This document shows positions 16,900 to 27,135 of a DNA stretch of 64,000 nt, one piece after another. Made by a program: the position numbers and the translations under genes. Location of the stretch: positions 45,849 through 109,848 of the IMG/VR virus record IMGVR_UViG_3300037515_000188; one strand, given 5' to 3'. Origin of the DNA: a virus. The number at the start of each line of letters is the position of its first letter. Positions within the stretch are counted from its first letter, which is position 1. The notes beneath the pieces were generated by a model. That model did not search any database and was not told the DNA's origin. It saw only the letters and a program-made list of their open reading frames with translations.

Positions 16900-18593
16900 G
16901 TTTTAATAAATCATTTACCCGTGATTTATCCGTAGCCGAGGAATGGGTTCGTAATCCTGAATGGGTGACATTACCAACAGTTACCACGGGCGATAACACT
17001 TTTGTTGGGTTGTATGCCATTCACCCGGACATTCCGAATCATTGCGCCTTACGTGCTTCCGGAAATTACACGGTGGATTGGGGAGATGGAACCGCTCCGG
17101 AAAATGTAAATTCTGCCGTTACGGCAGAGCATACTTATAATTACGATGATGTTGACTTATTAGGTACTACTGTAGGTGCTGTGGATGCAGTTGACTGTAC
17201 ATTTCAGGATACTGAAGATACAGTTACGGTAACTGATCATCTATTTCAAAACGGACACATTATCCAGTTTGCCACTATTAACAGCACAACAGGGATCAGT
17301 ATTGATACCAAATACTATGTACGTGACCGAACTGTCAATACATTTAAAGTTTCGGCTACTAGAGGCGGGGATGCTCTGACTCTGACTACAGATGGCACCG
17401 GTACAGTCTATGCACCAATGTATCGGCAGGCAGTTATTGTAATCACTATGCAATCAGCACAAACATTTACTAGTATTAGTTTGGACTTTTCGCATTCGGC
17501 AACATCAACTATTAATTTTAGTGGTTTACCATGGCTAGATATAATCATATGTGGTGCATCATTAACCATAATTGATCTCAATATGGGCTATAATCGGCGT
17601 CTTTCACGGCTGGAACAAGTCACTATTATTGATCACTCTATGATAAATATGGCTAACATGTTTATTAAATGCTTCGCTTTGCAATCCGTGCCATTATTTA
17701 ATACAGCATCCGTAACGAACATGTCAAGCATGTTTAATAGTTGCAGCGCTTTGCAATCCGTGCCATTGTTTAATACAGCATCCGTAACGAACATGTCAAG
17801 CATGTTTAATGGCTGCGGCGCTTTGCAATCAGTGCCATTGTTTAATACGACAGAAGTAATAGGTATGAGTAGTATGTTTAACTTATGTTACTCCCTACAA
17901 TCAGTACCATTGTTTGATACGGCAAAGGTAACGTCCATGAACAGCATGTTTAATAATTGTACCTCTTTGCAATCAGTGCCATTATTTAATACAGCGGCAG
18001 TAACAACTATGTCCAGCATGTTTGCTAGTTGTAGCTCTTTGCAATCAGTGCCATTATTTAATACGACATTGGTAGATATTATGAGTAATATGTTTAATGT
18101 ATGCTACTCCCTACAATCAGTACCATTGTTTAATACAGCGGCAGTAACAACTATGGCCAGCATGTTCCAATCTTGCCTCTCTTTGCAATCAGTACCATTG
18201 TTTGATACGGCAAATGTAACGGCCATGAACAGCATGTTTAATGCATGCTACACTCTACAATCAGTACCATTATTTAATACAGCGGCAGTAACAACTATGG
18301 CCAGCATGTTCGGTAACTGCTATAGTTTACGCGAACTTCCGGCTCTTAATTTTTCCGCAGCTACCAATACAACAAGTGCATTTGTATCAGCGACCAGTAT
18401 TTCTAGAATCCCAATAACACCACCCGCAATATCATTTAGTGTTACCGGACTCAATCTTGATGCAAATGCATTAAATGAATTATATACTAATTTACCCAAT
18501 GCAACAGCTACGCTTACAGTAACTAATTGCCCCGGCATTGCTGCTGATGATCCTACTATTGCAACTGCCAAGGGATGGACGGTGGTATCATGA
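16896..18593 (+). CDS. putative receptor-binding/surface protein with DUF285/BspA-like LRR repeats
   Basis: about 10 24-aa repeats SLQSVPLFNTA.VT.MSSMF..C; VDWGDG motif; ATGA overlap defines the start. Confidence 0.8.
   Translation: MSFNKSFTRDLSVAEEWVRNPEWVTLPTVTTGDNTFVGLYAIHPDIPNHCALRASGNYTVDWGDGTAPENVNSAVTAEHTYNYDDVDLLGTTVGAVDAVDCTFQDTEDTVTVTDHLFQNGHIIQFATINSTTGISIDTKYYVRDRTVNTFKVSATRGGDALTLTTDGTGTVYAPMYRQAVIVITMQSAQTFTSISLDFSHSATSTINFSGLPWLDIIICGASLTIIDLNMGYNRRLSRLEQVTIIDHSMINMANMFIKCFALQSVPLFNTASVTNMSSMFNSCSALQSVPLFNTASVTNMSSMFNGCGALQSVPLFNTTEVIGMSSMFNLCYSLQSVPLFDTAKVTSMNSMFNNCTSLQSVPLFNTAAVTTMSSMFASCSSLQSVPLFNTTLVDIMSNMFNVCYSLQSVPLFNTAAVTTMASMFQSCLSLQSVPLFDTANVTAMNSMFNACYTLQSVPLFNTAAVTTMASMFGNCYSLRELPALNFSAATNTTSAFVSATSISRIPITPPAISFSVTGLNLDANALNELYTNLPNATATLTVTNCPGIAADDPTIATAKGWTVVS
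17641..18340 (+). repeat. 72-bp coding tandem repeats
   Basis: TTGCAATCAGTGCCATT.TTTAATAC recurs every 72 bp. Confidence 0.85.
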
Positions 18594-19033
18594 GTGGAAT
18601 ATTGGCAAAAGTAATAGACGGGAACTTAATTATAGGGAAAAATGCTATATATTCTCCGGAATATACTATTTTTATTAATGAACAAAATATAGAAGGTGAA
18701 ATTCAAGATGGATGGTATTATTATAAAGATGATTTAGATTTAGAAGATTTTATTATTTCATGGGATAATAATAAAAGTTATAATGTTGGAGATATTGCCT
18801 TATATAATAATATTATATATGCTTCTATTGAAGATAATAATAATTCCTTACCAAATAATATAACATGGATTATAATTCCAGATGATATACAATCATGGGA
18901 TTATTCTAATATTTATTCTAAAAATGACATAGTTTTGCATGAAGATATTATATGGAAATCATTAATAGATAATAATACAACTGAGCCGGGTATAAATTAT
19001 TGGAAGAAAACAGCATTATATTCCCCATCATAA
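18590..19033 (+). CDS. protein with two CBM5/12-like (chitin-binding type) motifs
   Basis: W....Y..GD.V.Y/H....(Y/W) repeated twice. Confidence 0.6.
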   Translation: MSGILAKVIDGNLIIGKNAIYSPEYTIFINEQNIEGEIQDGWYYYKDDLDLEDFIISWDNNKSYNVGDIALYNNIIYASIEDNNNSLPNNITWIIIPDDIQSWDYSNIYSKNDIVLHEDIIWKSLIDNNTTEPGINYWKKTALYSPS

Positions 19034-19498
19034 ATGATTATAATTGACTATATCGTAAAATATCCTTCTCTAGAATTATCGTGGCTTCCCAATAGTATGC
19101 TTAAAGGATTATCCACACCAATAATAACTTACATATCAAATTCAGATTATGGTGGCAGTTATAATCCAATTGATAATTATTATGATGATATAATTGATGT
19201 TAGAAAAAGACCAGTCATACAAATAGATGCAGATTCAATACCTGATATTTCTTCTGGAATTGCTCATGAATTTAGACATCATTGGCAACTTTATACATAT
19301 GGATGGGGAAATAAAGAATATTGGACTGCATATGATGAAAATATTTCATACGATGAATATATATTAAATTATTATTTAGGTGATAGATATGAATTAGATG
19401 CATTAATATTTGAATGTAAATATGCTCCGAATGATAATAATTTATCATGGTTGGAATTAGTTGTGAAATATATGGAAATTAAATGTAAAATTATGTAA
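19034..19498 (+). CDS. zinc metallopeptidase-like protein
   Basis: IAHEFRHHWQ (HExxH) and downstream E.DA. Confidence 0.7.
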   Translation: MIIIDYIVKYPSLELSWLPNSMLKGLSTPIITYISNSDYGGSYNPIDNYYDDIIDVRKRPVIQIDADSIPDISSGIAHEFRHHWQLYTYGWGNKEYWTAYDENISYDEYILNYYLGDRYELDALIFECKYAPNDNNLSWLELVVKYMEIKCKIM

Positions 19499-19531
19499 AT
19501 ATCATTTATTTTTATATATAAATAATGTATT

Positions 19532-19544
19532 CGGTGCTCATGCC
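19532..19544 (-). mobile_element. isolated remnant of a TnpB-element right end
   Basis: CGGTGCTCATGCC, identical to the element end at 22223-22235; intergenic. Confidence 0.45.
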
Positions 19545-19571
19545 CAAGATGTAATTTTGTACAATTTTAAA

Positions 19572-19844
19572 TTATAAATTAAAATTTTGACGTATAGAAT
19601 CCATTTTTTTACGTCTACGTTCTATATATTTTTCAGGTTTTCTTAACTCTTCATGACCTTTTGCATATGTAGCTGGACGAATTTCTAATTCATAGGCATT
19701 TCCATCACTACCCCTAAAAAACACAGTAAACCCATCATGCATAGCCTTAACATCTAATAATTTTTCAACAAACTCTAGTTTTTTAAGTTCAGTTATTAAA
19801 TCCATCATTTTAGTGGATCGTTCTTCGATTAATTTCATTATCAT
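19572..19844 (-). CDS. hypothetical protein (MKLIEE start)
   Basis: ORF. Confidence 0.6.
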   Translation of the reverse strand: MIMKLIEERSTKMMDLITELKKLEFVEKLLDVKAMHDGFTVFFRGSDGNAYELEIRPATYAKGHEELRKPEKYIERRRKKMDSIRQNFNL

Positions 19845-19873
19845 TCCAATATTAATATTTGATAAATATATTT

Positions 19874-20497
19874 ATGAAATTATTTAAAAATTTAATATTA
19901 ATAGAAACTGAAAAACAGGCACATAGAGAAGTTTTATATGCTATACGTTCTATTAATCAAACATATAATGAATGGCGAAAGAGATTAAAAAATAGAAGAA
20001 AAAATGCGGTAAATTTAACTACATTCTCTATTAATAAAATTGCAACTATATCTCCAGAAAGTTTAGATTATATAAATGAAGAAATAAAACAAAAATTATC
20101 CATTATAATTATGCGATGTTTATCAATACCATCATGGTCAAATATTAATAATAAAAAATCGGCATATAGAAAATTATATCCTTATATAACAAGATTAGAA
20201 AAGATTAATCCCAATACTGGAACAGGAGGTACATTAGGTGAAATTATAATGACACGATTTAGTGCGCCAGTTTGTTTACAAAGTAGATATCCTCAAGTAT
20301 TTGTAGCTTATGAACCATTATTACCTAAAGAATATCTGAATTATTTATTTAGTAAAGAAAAGAAACCTACAAAAACATATAGAATGCAAAATCTGCCACT
20401 TCCAGAAGATTTTAATGATTTAATGGATATTTTAAAAATAAATCATGAAAAAGGGATTAATCTATATTTAAAAAATAAAACGTCGTCATATAAATAG
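19874..20497 (+). CDS. hypothetical late protein (MKLFKNLILIE start)
   Basis: ATAAATA just upstream. Confidence 0.6.
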   Translation: MKLFKNLILIETEKQAHREVLYAIRSINQTYNEWRKRLKNRRKNAVNLTTFSINKIATISPESLDYINEEIKQKLSIIIMRCLSIPSWSNINNKKSAYRKLYPYITRLEKINPNTGTGGTLGEIIMTRFSAPVCLQSRYPQVFVAYEPLLPKEYLNYLFSKEKKPTKTYRMQNLPLPEDFNDLMDILKINHEKGINLYLKNKTSSYK

Positions 20498-20521
20498 TTA
20501 GTACACTAGAGAGATAATATA

Positions 20522-21217
20522 ATGTATAGTTTTGGTAGAATAGAATCACATGATGTTAGAGATACACAGTATTCTATAGCTCCTTTATTATTCTATGCAC
20601 CTAATATAACAGAAAAATTTTGGTGGGATGATGGCTGGTGGGGGGATCAAGGAGATGATCCATTTTGTGTCGCATTTTCTTGGATGCATTGGTTAGAAGA
20701 TGGACCAGTTATTCAAGATAGTATTTTAGGACGGCAAAAACCATTATTTGATGTTTATACATTTTATAAAACCTGTCAAAAAATTGATGGGTTTGACGGG
20801 GATAATTATGCAGGAACTACAGTTAGAGCAGGGGCTAAAATATTAAAAAAATTAGGCTTGATTACTGAATATAGATGGGGATTTAGTATAGATGAAATTA
20901 TAATTTCATTATTAACATTAGGTCCAATGGTTATTGGTACCAAATGGACAGATCGAATGAATATTCCAAATAATAAAGGATTAATTAAATCAAAAGGAAG
21001 GATAATAGGAGGGCATGCTTATATTATAAATGGAATAGATGTCAATAGAGAATATTTTCGTATAAAAAATTCTTGGGGATATGATTGGGGTGATAAAGGA
21101 CATGCTTATATATCATTTTCAGATTTTGAAAAATTATTTAATGATGAAGGAGAAGCATGTATTGCATCTGAAATTAAAATACGAGAAATACCATCATTAG
21201 GATGGATTAAAAAATAA
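20522..21217 (+). CDS. papain-like (C1) cysteine peptidase
   Basis: DQG...CVAFS, GGHA and KNSWG catalytic motifs. Confidence 0.85.
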   Translation: MYSFGRIESHDVRDTQYSIAPLLFYAPNITEKFWWDDGWWGDQGDDPFCVAFSWMHWLEDGPVIQDSILGRQKPLFDVYTFYKTCQKIDGFDGDNYAGTTVRAGAKILKKLGLITEYRWGFSIDEIIISLLTLGPMVIGTKWTDRMNIPNNKGLIKSKGRIIGGHAYIINGIDVNREYFRIKNSWGYDWGDKGHAYISFSDFEKLFNDEGEACIASEIKIREIPSLGWIKK

Positions 21218-21245
21218 TTTTAATATTATATCAATTTTTTTATAT

Positions 21246-21581
21246 TTATTGTTTAGCTGTATCAACGGGATTAAACGTCTCTATTCCATTGTATGTTGTC
21301 ATTATCTGATTCTCTATCCCTAATTCTCCACAACGATATATAATATCTTCTGTGATAACATTTTTTAATATTGTTATTTTTGGTTCACCACATTCTTTTA
21401 TAAATTTATTATCATTATCTTGTATTCCAATTATTATATAATTAATAGGCTCCGAATTATTGGATACCCAAAAATTAAATAATGTAGATACTGAAAAAAA
21501 TATAATTAAAATAACAATAAATAATATTGTAAAAATATAACTTATTTTTTTAAGTGTATTGGTTTTATTGTATCTCTTCAT
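21246..21581 (-). CDS. membrane-anchored hypothetical protein
   Basis: N-terminal TM segment. Confidence 0.55.
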   Translation of the reverse strand: MKRYNKTNTLKKISYIFTILFIVILIIFFSVSTLFNFWVSNNSEPINYIIIGIQDNDNKFIKECGEPKITILKNVITEDIIYRCGELGIENQIMTTYNGIETFNPVDTAKQ

Positions 21582-21892
21582 TTATTAATAAATATTTTCC
21601 ATATATCTATATGTATATCATTTATAACAGACAATAATGATTCACGTAATTTGACATCATTACATGCTTTAATAATATTTTCCATCCTATGTAAATCATA
21701 CTCAATATTCTCAAAAACTTTCATAATATTTTCATTATCTGTATTAATTAGAATTATATTTTCTAATACTTCTTTTATAATATAAATATTTTCATGATCT
21801 ATTTTATATCTAAACTCCAATAAATATAATAATCTATCATAAAGTTCATTACTTATATAATATTGTATTTCATTATCTGTTAATTTTCCCAT
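21578..21892 (-). CDS. hypothetical protein
   Basis: ORF, overlapped operon. Confidence 0.55.
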   Translation of the reverse strand: MGKLTDNEIQYYISNELYDRLLYLLEFRYKIDHENIYIIKEVLENIILINTDNENIMKVFENIEYDLHRMENIIKACNDVKLRESLLSVINDIHIDIWKIFINK

Positions 21893-22215
21893 ATATTTTT
21901 TTCCTTTGATGCTGTTGTATCAATAATCATATAAGGTAAAGAATTATATTCATCTAACAATATAATTAACGGTTTATCACAATATAATCCCATAAAAGAT
22001 TCATTATATGATTGAATAATTATATCTCTAACATTTTTATTTTCACAATATCCCATAATATAAAGATGTTTAAAATATTGTTGGTTATTTATTTTTAATT
22101 TTTTTTCAACAGTGTATTGTAATTTATAATCTATTTCAGGGCGAGTAGTAAAAAATGGTATGGTAATACATATGCCTAATAAAATTCCAAATAAAATTAA
22201 CATTATGTGTTTCAT
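21880..22215 (-). CDS. membrane-anchored hypothetical protein (MKHIMLILF)
   Basis: true start lies just outside the IS right end. Confidence 0.6.
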   Translation of the reverse strand: MKHIMLILFGILLGICITIPFFTTRPEIDYKLQYTVEKKLKINNQQYFKHLYIMGYCENKNVRDIIIQSYNESFMGLYCDKPLIILLDEYNSLPYMIIDTTASKEKNIWEN

Positions 22216-22223
22216 AATTAAAC

Positions 22224-23445
22224 GGTGCTCATGCCGCCACCTTAACAACCACTGCCGCACGAGCACAAAATGCGCTGCTCGGCGGTGATCTTAAAGGTAA
22301 AAGCTCGTTCCCGCAAACGGACGCCGACAACTCGGCGCGACGGAGGATATTTCGAGCCGCATTCACGTCTCGATCATGTGACTCACCACAGTCGCTGCAA
22401 TCCCACTGTCTTACAATCAACCCGTCCATTCCATGAGGTCCAGTTAACGAACCACATGAGGAACAGGTGACGCTGGTGTTCTTTTCATTAATGACTTCAA
22501 CAGACCTACCGGCGTACTCGCCCTTATATTGTAACATCTGTCTGAACATGCCCCAACCTGAATCATAAACGGATTTTGCTATCCGTGTTTTAACTAGTTT
22601 TGGACTGCTCACATCACCAATGATTATTTTCTGGTATTTATCTATAATTTTCCGTGAAAATTTGTGCAACGCATCAGCGCGTTGTCTTTTTATTTTCCGG
22701 TGAATCCGTGCAATTTGTTTCTTATGTCCTCTCCGTTGCGCATTTGCCAATTTATCGGCTGAATTATGGGTCCATTTTCCAGCTTCCAGAACATCTCCAT
22801 CACTGGTTGTGGCAATGGATTTCAATCCCAGATCAATTCCCACGGATTCATATGGTGCGATAGCCAATTCTACCTGCACTTCAACTGGCAAACAGAGCCA
22901 CCAATCACCAACCGCATCTTGTGCAAAACATCCCGCTTTCCATTTTACGCCATCAAGTCGTGAGGACTCGAATACACGAAATGTCTTACCAGCAAATCGT
23001 AAATATTTTCCTTTACGTTTTATACTTAATGCCTTGAACGGAATCCAACCCAAAGAACGATTCCAGCCTCCACTCTTGCGCCAGCGCAATCTTAGTTTTT
23101 TGGCAGCACTTCTTTTTTGTTCATAATGAATGCAAATCGATTGAATGGTGTGTGAACCGATTTTATCAAAATATTCCATGGCACCTGCCGTTAGCTTGCA
23201 TAGATCAAATCCACTCATCCATTTACGGTTTTTATCCGTTCTTATAGATGCCTTAAAACTTGTCTCATTGCAAAAATTAAAAACCTGATTGACTTCAATG
23301 GCTGCGGCATTCAACCATGGATATGCCTCACGCTTAATTTTAAGGCGTAATGTTTTCATAAATAAATGCGGCATGATCAAATTGTTATTCATTATTAATT
23401 CCTCTGCTCCGGTTTCACTGCGCGACCGTCTTATGGGGTCGAAAC
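22224..23445 (-). mobile_element. IS200/IS605-like TnpB-only element 1
   Basis: left end GTTTCGACC hairpin after GAT; right end GCATGAGCACC; ends shared with the other copies. Confidence 0.8.
22229..23392 (-). CDS. tnpB: RNA-guided endonuclease TnpB
   Basis: RuvC-I GIDLG, Zn finger CSSC...[15 protein letters not shown]. Confidence 0.95.
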   Translation of the reverse strand: MNNNLIMPHLFMKTLRLKIKREAYPWLNAAAIEVNQVFNFCNETSFKASIRTDKNRKWMSGFDLCKLTAGAMEYFDKIGSHTIQSICIHYEQKRSAAKKLRLRWRKSGGWNRSLGWIPFKALSIKRKGKYLRFAGKTFRVFESSRLDGVKWKAGCFAQDAVGDWWLCLPVEVQVELAIAPYESVGIDLGLKSIATTSDGDVLEAGKWTHNSADKLANAQRRGHKKQIARIHRKIKRQRADALHKFSRKIIDKYQKIIIGDVSSPKLVKTRIAKSVYDSGWGMFRQMLQYKGEYAGRSVEVINEKNTSVTCSSCGSLTGPHGMDGLIVRQWDCSDCGESHDRDVNAARNILRRAELSASVCGNELLPLRSPPSSAFCARAAVVVKVAA

Positions 23446-23721
23446 ATCCCTGTTTCTACAGTATAATTCCATGTCCATAGTGTTTCCATATTCTTTATAT
23501 GCTAAAACACATCTGGTTCCATTTCTAGTTAAAAATTCAACAATTTTTACTGGCGTTTTAATTCCTGAAATACGTATATCAAATTCATTAATGGATTGAT
23601 TGTGACCAAATGTTTTAATATTATTATCATTATTATCAGCCATTGTTACGTTAATTGTAATAAACACAATTAAAAAACATATAATTCCTATCATTACACT
23701 TATTGAATTATTTTTATTCAT
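23431..23721 (-). CDS. membrane/secreted hypothetical protein; last codons supplied by the IS left end
   Basis: N-terminal hydrophobic segment. Confidence 0.6.
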   Translation of the reverse strand: MNKNNSISVMIGIICFLIVFITINVTMADNNDNNIKTFGHNQSINEFDIRISGIKTPVKIVEFLTRNGTRCVLAYKEYGNTMDMELYCRNRDVSTP

Positions 23722-23722
23722 A

Positions 23723-24289
23723 TTAATCTCCTAATTTTTTTACATTTAAAATATATGGTAAGAATTTTACCATATTTTTAACATCATTTATAGCTCTATG
23801 CGGAATACCATCAAAATTTTCTTTAATAATGTTTAATCCCTTTCTAACACCATATTGCTTTTTTCGATTTATGGATTGCGAAAATAATGATTTTAAATTT
23901 ACATGATTTGAAAATGGGTATAATACATCTTTATTTTTTGTTTCTCGTAATAATATATCTCTATCAAAATTTCCCCATGACGAAAACACATAATCATTAT
24001 TAAAATTATTCAACCAGTTTCTAAAAATATTAAATGCATCTTTAAACATAAGTGCAGTATCAACATCTGATTGTGTTATGCTAGTCAGATTTATACAAAA
24101 TTCTGTTAAGGTTGGAAACATAATTGGTTTAATAAATATATCAAATTCTGATATAATATTTATATCATTTTTGTTTATCATAATTGCTCCAATTTCTATT
24201 ATTTCCATTTTTTCACGCGGTACACTACCATCATTAGAACAAGTAGCTTCCACATCAATAATTAAAATATTTTTTTTATCTAAAATCAT
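23723..24289 (-). CDS. DEDDh 3'-5' exonuclease (ERI-1/KapD-like)
   Basis: IIDVEATC, EIIEIGA, SWGNFD, HRAINDV. Confidence 0.9.
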   Translation of the reverse strand: MILDKKNILIIDVEATCSNDGSVPREKMEIIEIGAIMINKNDINIISEFDIFIKPIMFPTLTEFCINLTSITQSDVDTALMFKDAFNIFRNWLNNFNNDYVFSSWGNFDRDILLRETKNKDVLYPFSNHVNLKSLFSQSINRKKQYGVRKGLNIIKENFDGIPHRAINDVKNMVKFLPYILNVKKLGD

Positions 24290-24290
24290 T

Positions 24291-24962
24291 TTAAAAAGTT
24301 TTTACTCCAACTGTATTATGCATAAAGTTATCTTTCCACTTAACATAATTTCTTTCCGTATCAAACTCTACTCCTAATTCATCAGCGGTTAATGACATTG
24401 GAGTATTATCATAATCATCAAATAATAATTCGCCATATATGGTAAATCCGTATATGAATTTTTCTACATCATTAATATTAAAATATGGAACATCCATTCT
24501 TATATGTAATCCAATGCCATATCTATAAGTTTCATCAATTTCTATATTCCATGGGGCAATACTTATTTCTTTAGAATTTAATAATTTAATAGTTTCTTCT
24601 GCAATTAATTTAGAACGAGCTTTACTTAATTCTGGTGTTGGATCAATAAGTTCATAATATTTTGTTCCCTTTATTTTTTTAAACATATTATCAAGATCAA
24701 TTTCTGATGGATATTTGTCATATCCTATATCCATTGCCTTTCCTTCTACGGTATCATAATAATCTCCCCTAGAAGTACTTAATGTTGAATTCCATACTAC
24801 AGATTCATCATTATATTCTCCAATAAATAAAAAATCCACATATCCAGAATTATAAATAATTTGATGGGATGTGAAATTTGGATATTCATCTTTTGAAATT
24901 CGTTTTTTAACATTTTTTACATATGATTTCATTTTAATATTTTTTATAAATTTCTTTATCAT
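24291..24962 (-). CDS. hypothetical protein
   Basis: 223-aa ORF in operon. Confidence 0.65.
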   Translation of the reverse strand: MIKKFIKNIKMKSYVKNVKKRISKDEYPNFTSHQIIYNSGYVDFLFIGEYNDESVVWNSTLSTSRGDYYDTVEGKAMDIGYDKYPSEIDLDNMFKKIKGTKYYELIDPTPELSKARSKLIAEETIKLLNSKEISIAPWNIEIDETYRYGIGLHIRMDVPYFNINDVEKFIYGFTIYGELLFDDYDNTPMSLTADELGVEFDTERNYVKWKDNFMHNTVGVKTF

Positions 24963-26278
24963 TTTATTTTCTCCGTTGTATCAGCAATAGTTTTATCTTC
25001 TCTTAATTCTATGAATCTAGGAGAGAATAAACTATCAATATCATCTCTATGTTGATCCTTTATTCGACAATTATATTTAATTGTTACAATGCGTCCCATC
25101 CATCCATTAATATTATTAAAAATTTCTTCCCTTAATTCTTCCGTAAATCCACTAATTGAGGTAATAACCTTCTTATCAGACGATGCACAAATTAATGATC
25201 CCAATTTATTTTCCCATTTAGTTCCTTCTTTACCGGGATTCCACCCAATTACTTCTAGATCACAGTCATTTTCAGCCTTGAATTTTAATAAATGTTCAGA
25301 CCTTTTGTTTTCCCATTTATGAGAAATATTTTTAACAATGATTCCCTCTTCTCCTCTCGATATTGCATCATTATAATGATCAAGAGATTCTTCTAACGAA
25401 TTAACTATTTTATGCTCTATTAACATTAATTTATTAGATTGCACTTCTATAATAAAATCTTGTAATGTCTCCCATCTTATATCATATGTGGGAAAATATG
25501 TTGGCGCTTTTTTATAACTAGATAAAAAATGATCTAATAAAATAAAATCCCATCCAATAAATTTTACACATGATGCTTCATTTTCCGATATTGTTCCTCG
25601 TATAGCCTTATTTAAAATTCCATTTCCCACTTTACGGTCCAATATATTATTATTTTCATCAACTACAACTAATTCGCCATCTAATACATAATTATTAAAA
25701 TAATTATTAAGAAAATCAAAATTATTAAATAAATCTATTATTTTTCCTGATCGACCACGTATTATAATATTATTATTTTCATTTATTATATTAGCCCGCA
25801 TGCCATCCGCTTTTAATTGTGAATATGCCGGAAATTTTATTTTCTTAACCGCCTTATCCGAATATGCAGTTGCCTTCAGGCATGGATGCGAGGGTATTAA
25901 ATTAGGAATAGCTTTATTAATTGATGCTTCATTCATCCCCAACTTCAAATTTTTTCTAATTATTCGTGATGCAATATCATATTCATCTTCAGATAAACCC
26001 GATAATAATTCTAATAATTTATCTTTAGCTGCATTACCTGTTAATTCTCTATTTTCAAATAAATATAATGAATCTATAAAATCTTTTAATGTTAATGTTT
26101 CAGAAAAGTTTGTAACTAATGGAATATGTTTTAAATAAAATGTTCTATATGGATTTAATCCGGCATCTAATATTTTTTTAAGTAATTCATCATTTCTATA
26201 TTCTTTTAAAATAGAAATTTTAGAATTACTGCTATTAGTTTCTTCCAATTTTTTAAATATGTCTACTATATTTTCCAT
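24959..26278 (-). CDS. lig: ATP-dependent DNA ligase (T4 gp30-like)
   Basis: QLKADGMR adenylation motif, LDGEL, EEGIIVK, LKFK, LFSPRF. Confidence 0.95.
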   Translation of the reverse strand: MENIVDIFKKLEETNSSNSKISILKEYRNDELLKKILDAGLNPYRTFYLKHIPLVTNFSETLTLKDFIDSLYLFENRELTGNAAKDKLLELLSGLSEDEYDIASRIIRKNLKLGMNEASINKAIPNLIPSHPCLKATAYSDKAVKKIKFPAYSQLKADGMRANIINENNNIIIRGRSGKIIDLFNNFDFLNNYFNNYVLDGELVVVDENNNILDRKVGNGILNKAIRGTISENEASCVKFIGWDFILLDHFLSSYKKAPTYFPTYDIRWETLQDFIIEVQSNKLMLIEHKIVNSLEESLDHYNDAISRGEEGIIVKNISHKWENKRSEHLLKFKAENDCDLEVIGWNPGKEGTKWENKLGSLICASSDKKVITSISGFTEELREEIFNNINGWMGRIVTIKYNCRIKDQHRDDIDSLFSPRFIELREDKTIADTTEKIK

Positions 26279-26287
26279 ATGAGTTCC

Positions 26288-26584
26288 TTATCGTTTTCTT
26301 TTATATTTTCGGCATATTGAATCTTTAGTTGTTGCATAAAATTCTATTTCCTTTTTACTAATCCATTCAATAAATTTTATCATATCTGAATGACTTTTTA
26401 TTCGTTCTATGGTATGATAATATTTTGCCAATTCATTTTCAGTCCACAAACTATGAATTTTATTATGACATATTTTATGAACTAATATAACTTCTTTTCC
26501 ACCTTTACTTTTTGGAATTAAATGATGTCTATTACATGTTAATAATTCGTCTGGTAATGGTCTACCGCATATATCACATATCAT
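26288..26584 (-). CDS. HNH endonuclease-like protein
   Basis: CDICGR...HHLIPKSKGG...CHNKIH. Confidence 0.8.
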   Translation of the reverse strand: MICDICGRPLPDELLTCNRHHLIPKSKGGKEVILVHKICHNKIHSLWTENELAKYYHTIERIKSHSDMIKFIEWISKKEIEFYATTKDSICRKYKRKR

Positions 26585-26631
26585 TTATTAATTATATCAT
26601 ATGAAAAAATATTTTGCAACTAAATATTCAT

Positions 26632-26865
26632 ATGAATATTATAACCATAAATAATAATGATGGCAATGTTATTGATATTATTTATACAATAAATTCAACG
26701 GTTTGCAGACATGAATATAAAAGATATAAATGTTTTTGCTTTATAGAGTCTATAAATGATTATGCGTTCATGTTTGTAGTACAACTTGCCCTTTTGAGAC
26801 ATAAGAGAAAATTAAATAATGACAAATCCAATTATAGTACCCAAAAAAATTACTACAGAAGATAA
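26632..26865 (+). CDS. hypothetical protein
   Basis: ORF. Confidence 0.4.
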   Translation: MNIITINNNDGNVIDIIYTINSTVCRHEYKRYKCFCFIESINDYAFMFVVQLALLRHKRKLNNDKSNYSTQKNYYRR

Positions 26866-27133
26866 TAAAAAAAATAAATTTGGAATAGATGAAAATAAAT
26901 TTAAAGTAATTATAAAAGAAATTTATGATCTAATGTTACACTATTCAACTGCTAGAAATATTTTATTAGTAAAAAATAATCCTATTAGAATTGGTGGAAT
27001 ATTATTTTGGTTTGAAACTGATAAAAAAACAGGAGAATCTTATTTAAAATATAATCAACCTCCTTCTCAATGGAAAGAGGATGAAATTATATATGATATA
27101 GATACTCATCTATACAATTTATACGGCGGTTAA
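26819..27133 (+). CDS. hypothetical protein
   Basis: ORF. Confidence 0.55.
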   Translation: MTNPIIVPKKITTEDNKKNKFGIDENKFKVIIKEIYDLMLHYSTARNILLVKNNPIRIGGILFWFETDKKTGESYLKYNQPPSQWKEDEIIYDIDTHLYNLYGG

Positions 27134-27135
27134 AA

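Noticed and set aside
17641-18340. CRISPR array or diversity-generating retroelement repeats
   Set aside because: In-frame 72-bp coding repeats; no unique spacers, cas genes or reverse transcriptase in the window
22270-23480. Small ORFs overlapping tnpB on the opposite strand (also 37906, 38084, 47007-48136)
   Set aside because: Shadow ORFs of GC-richer IS sequence
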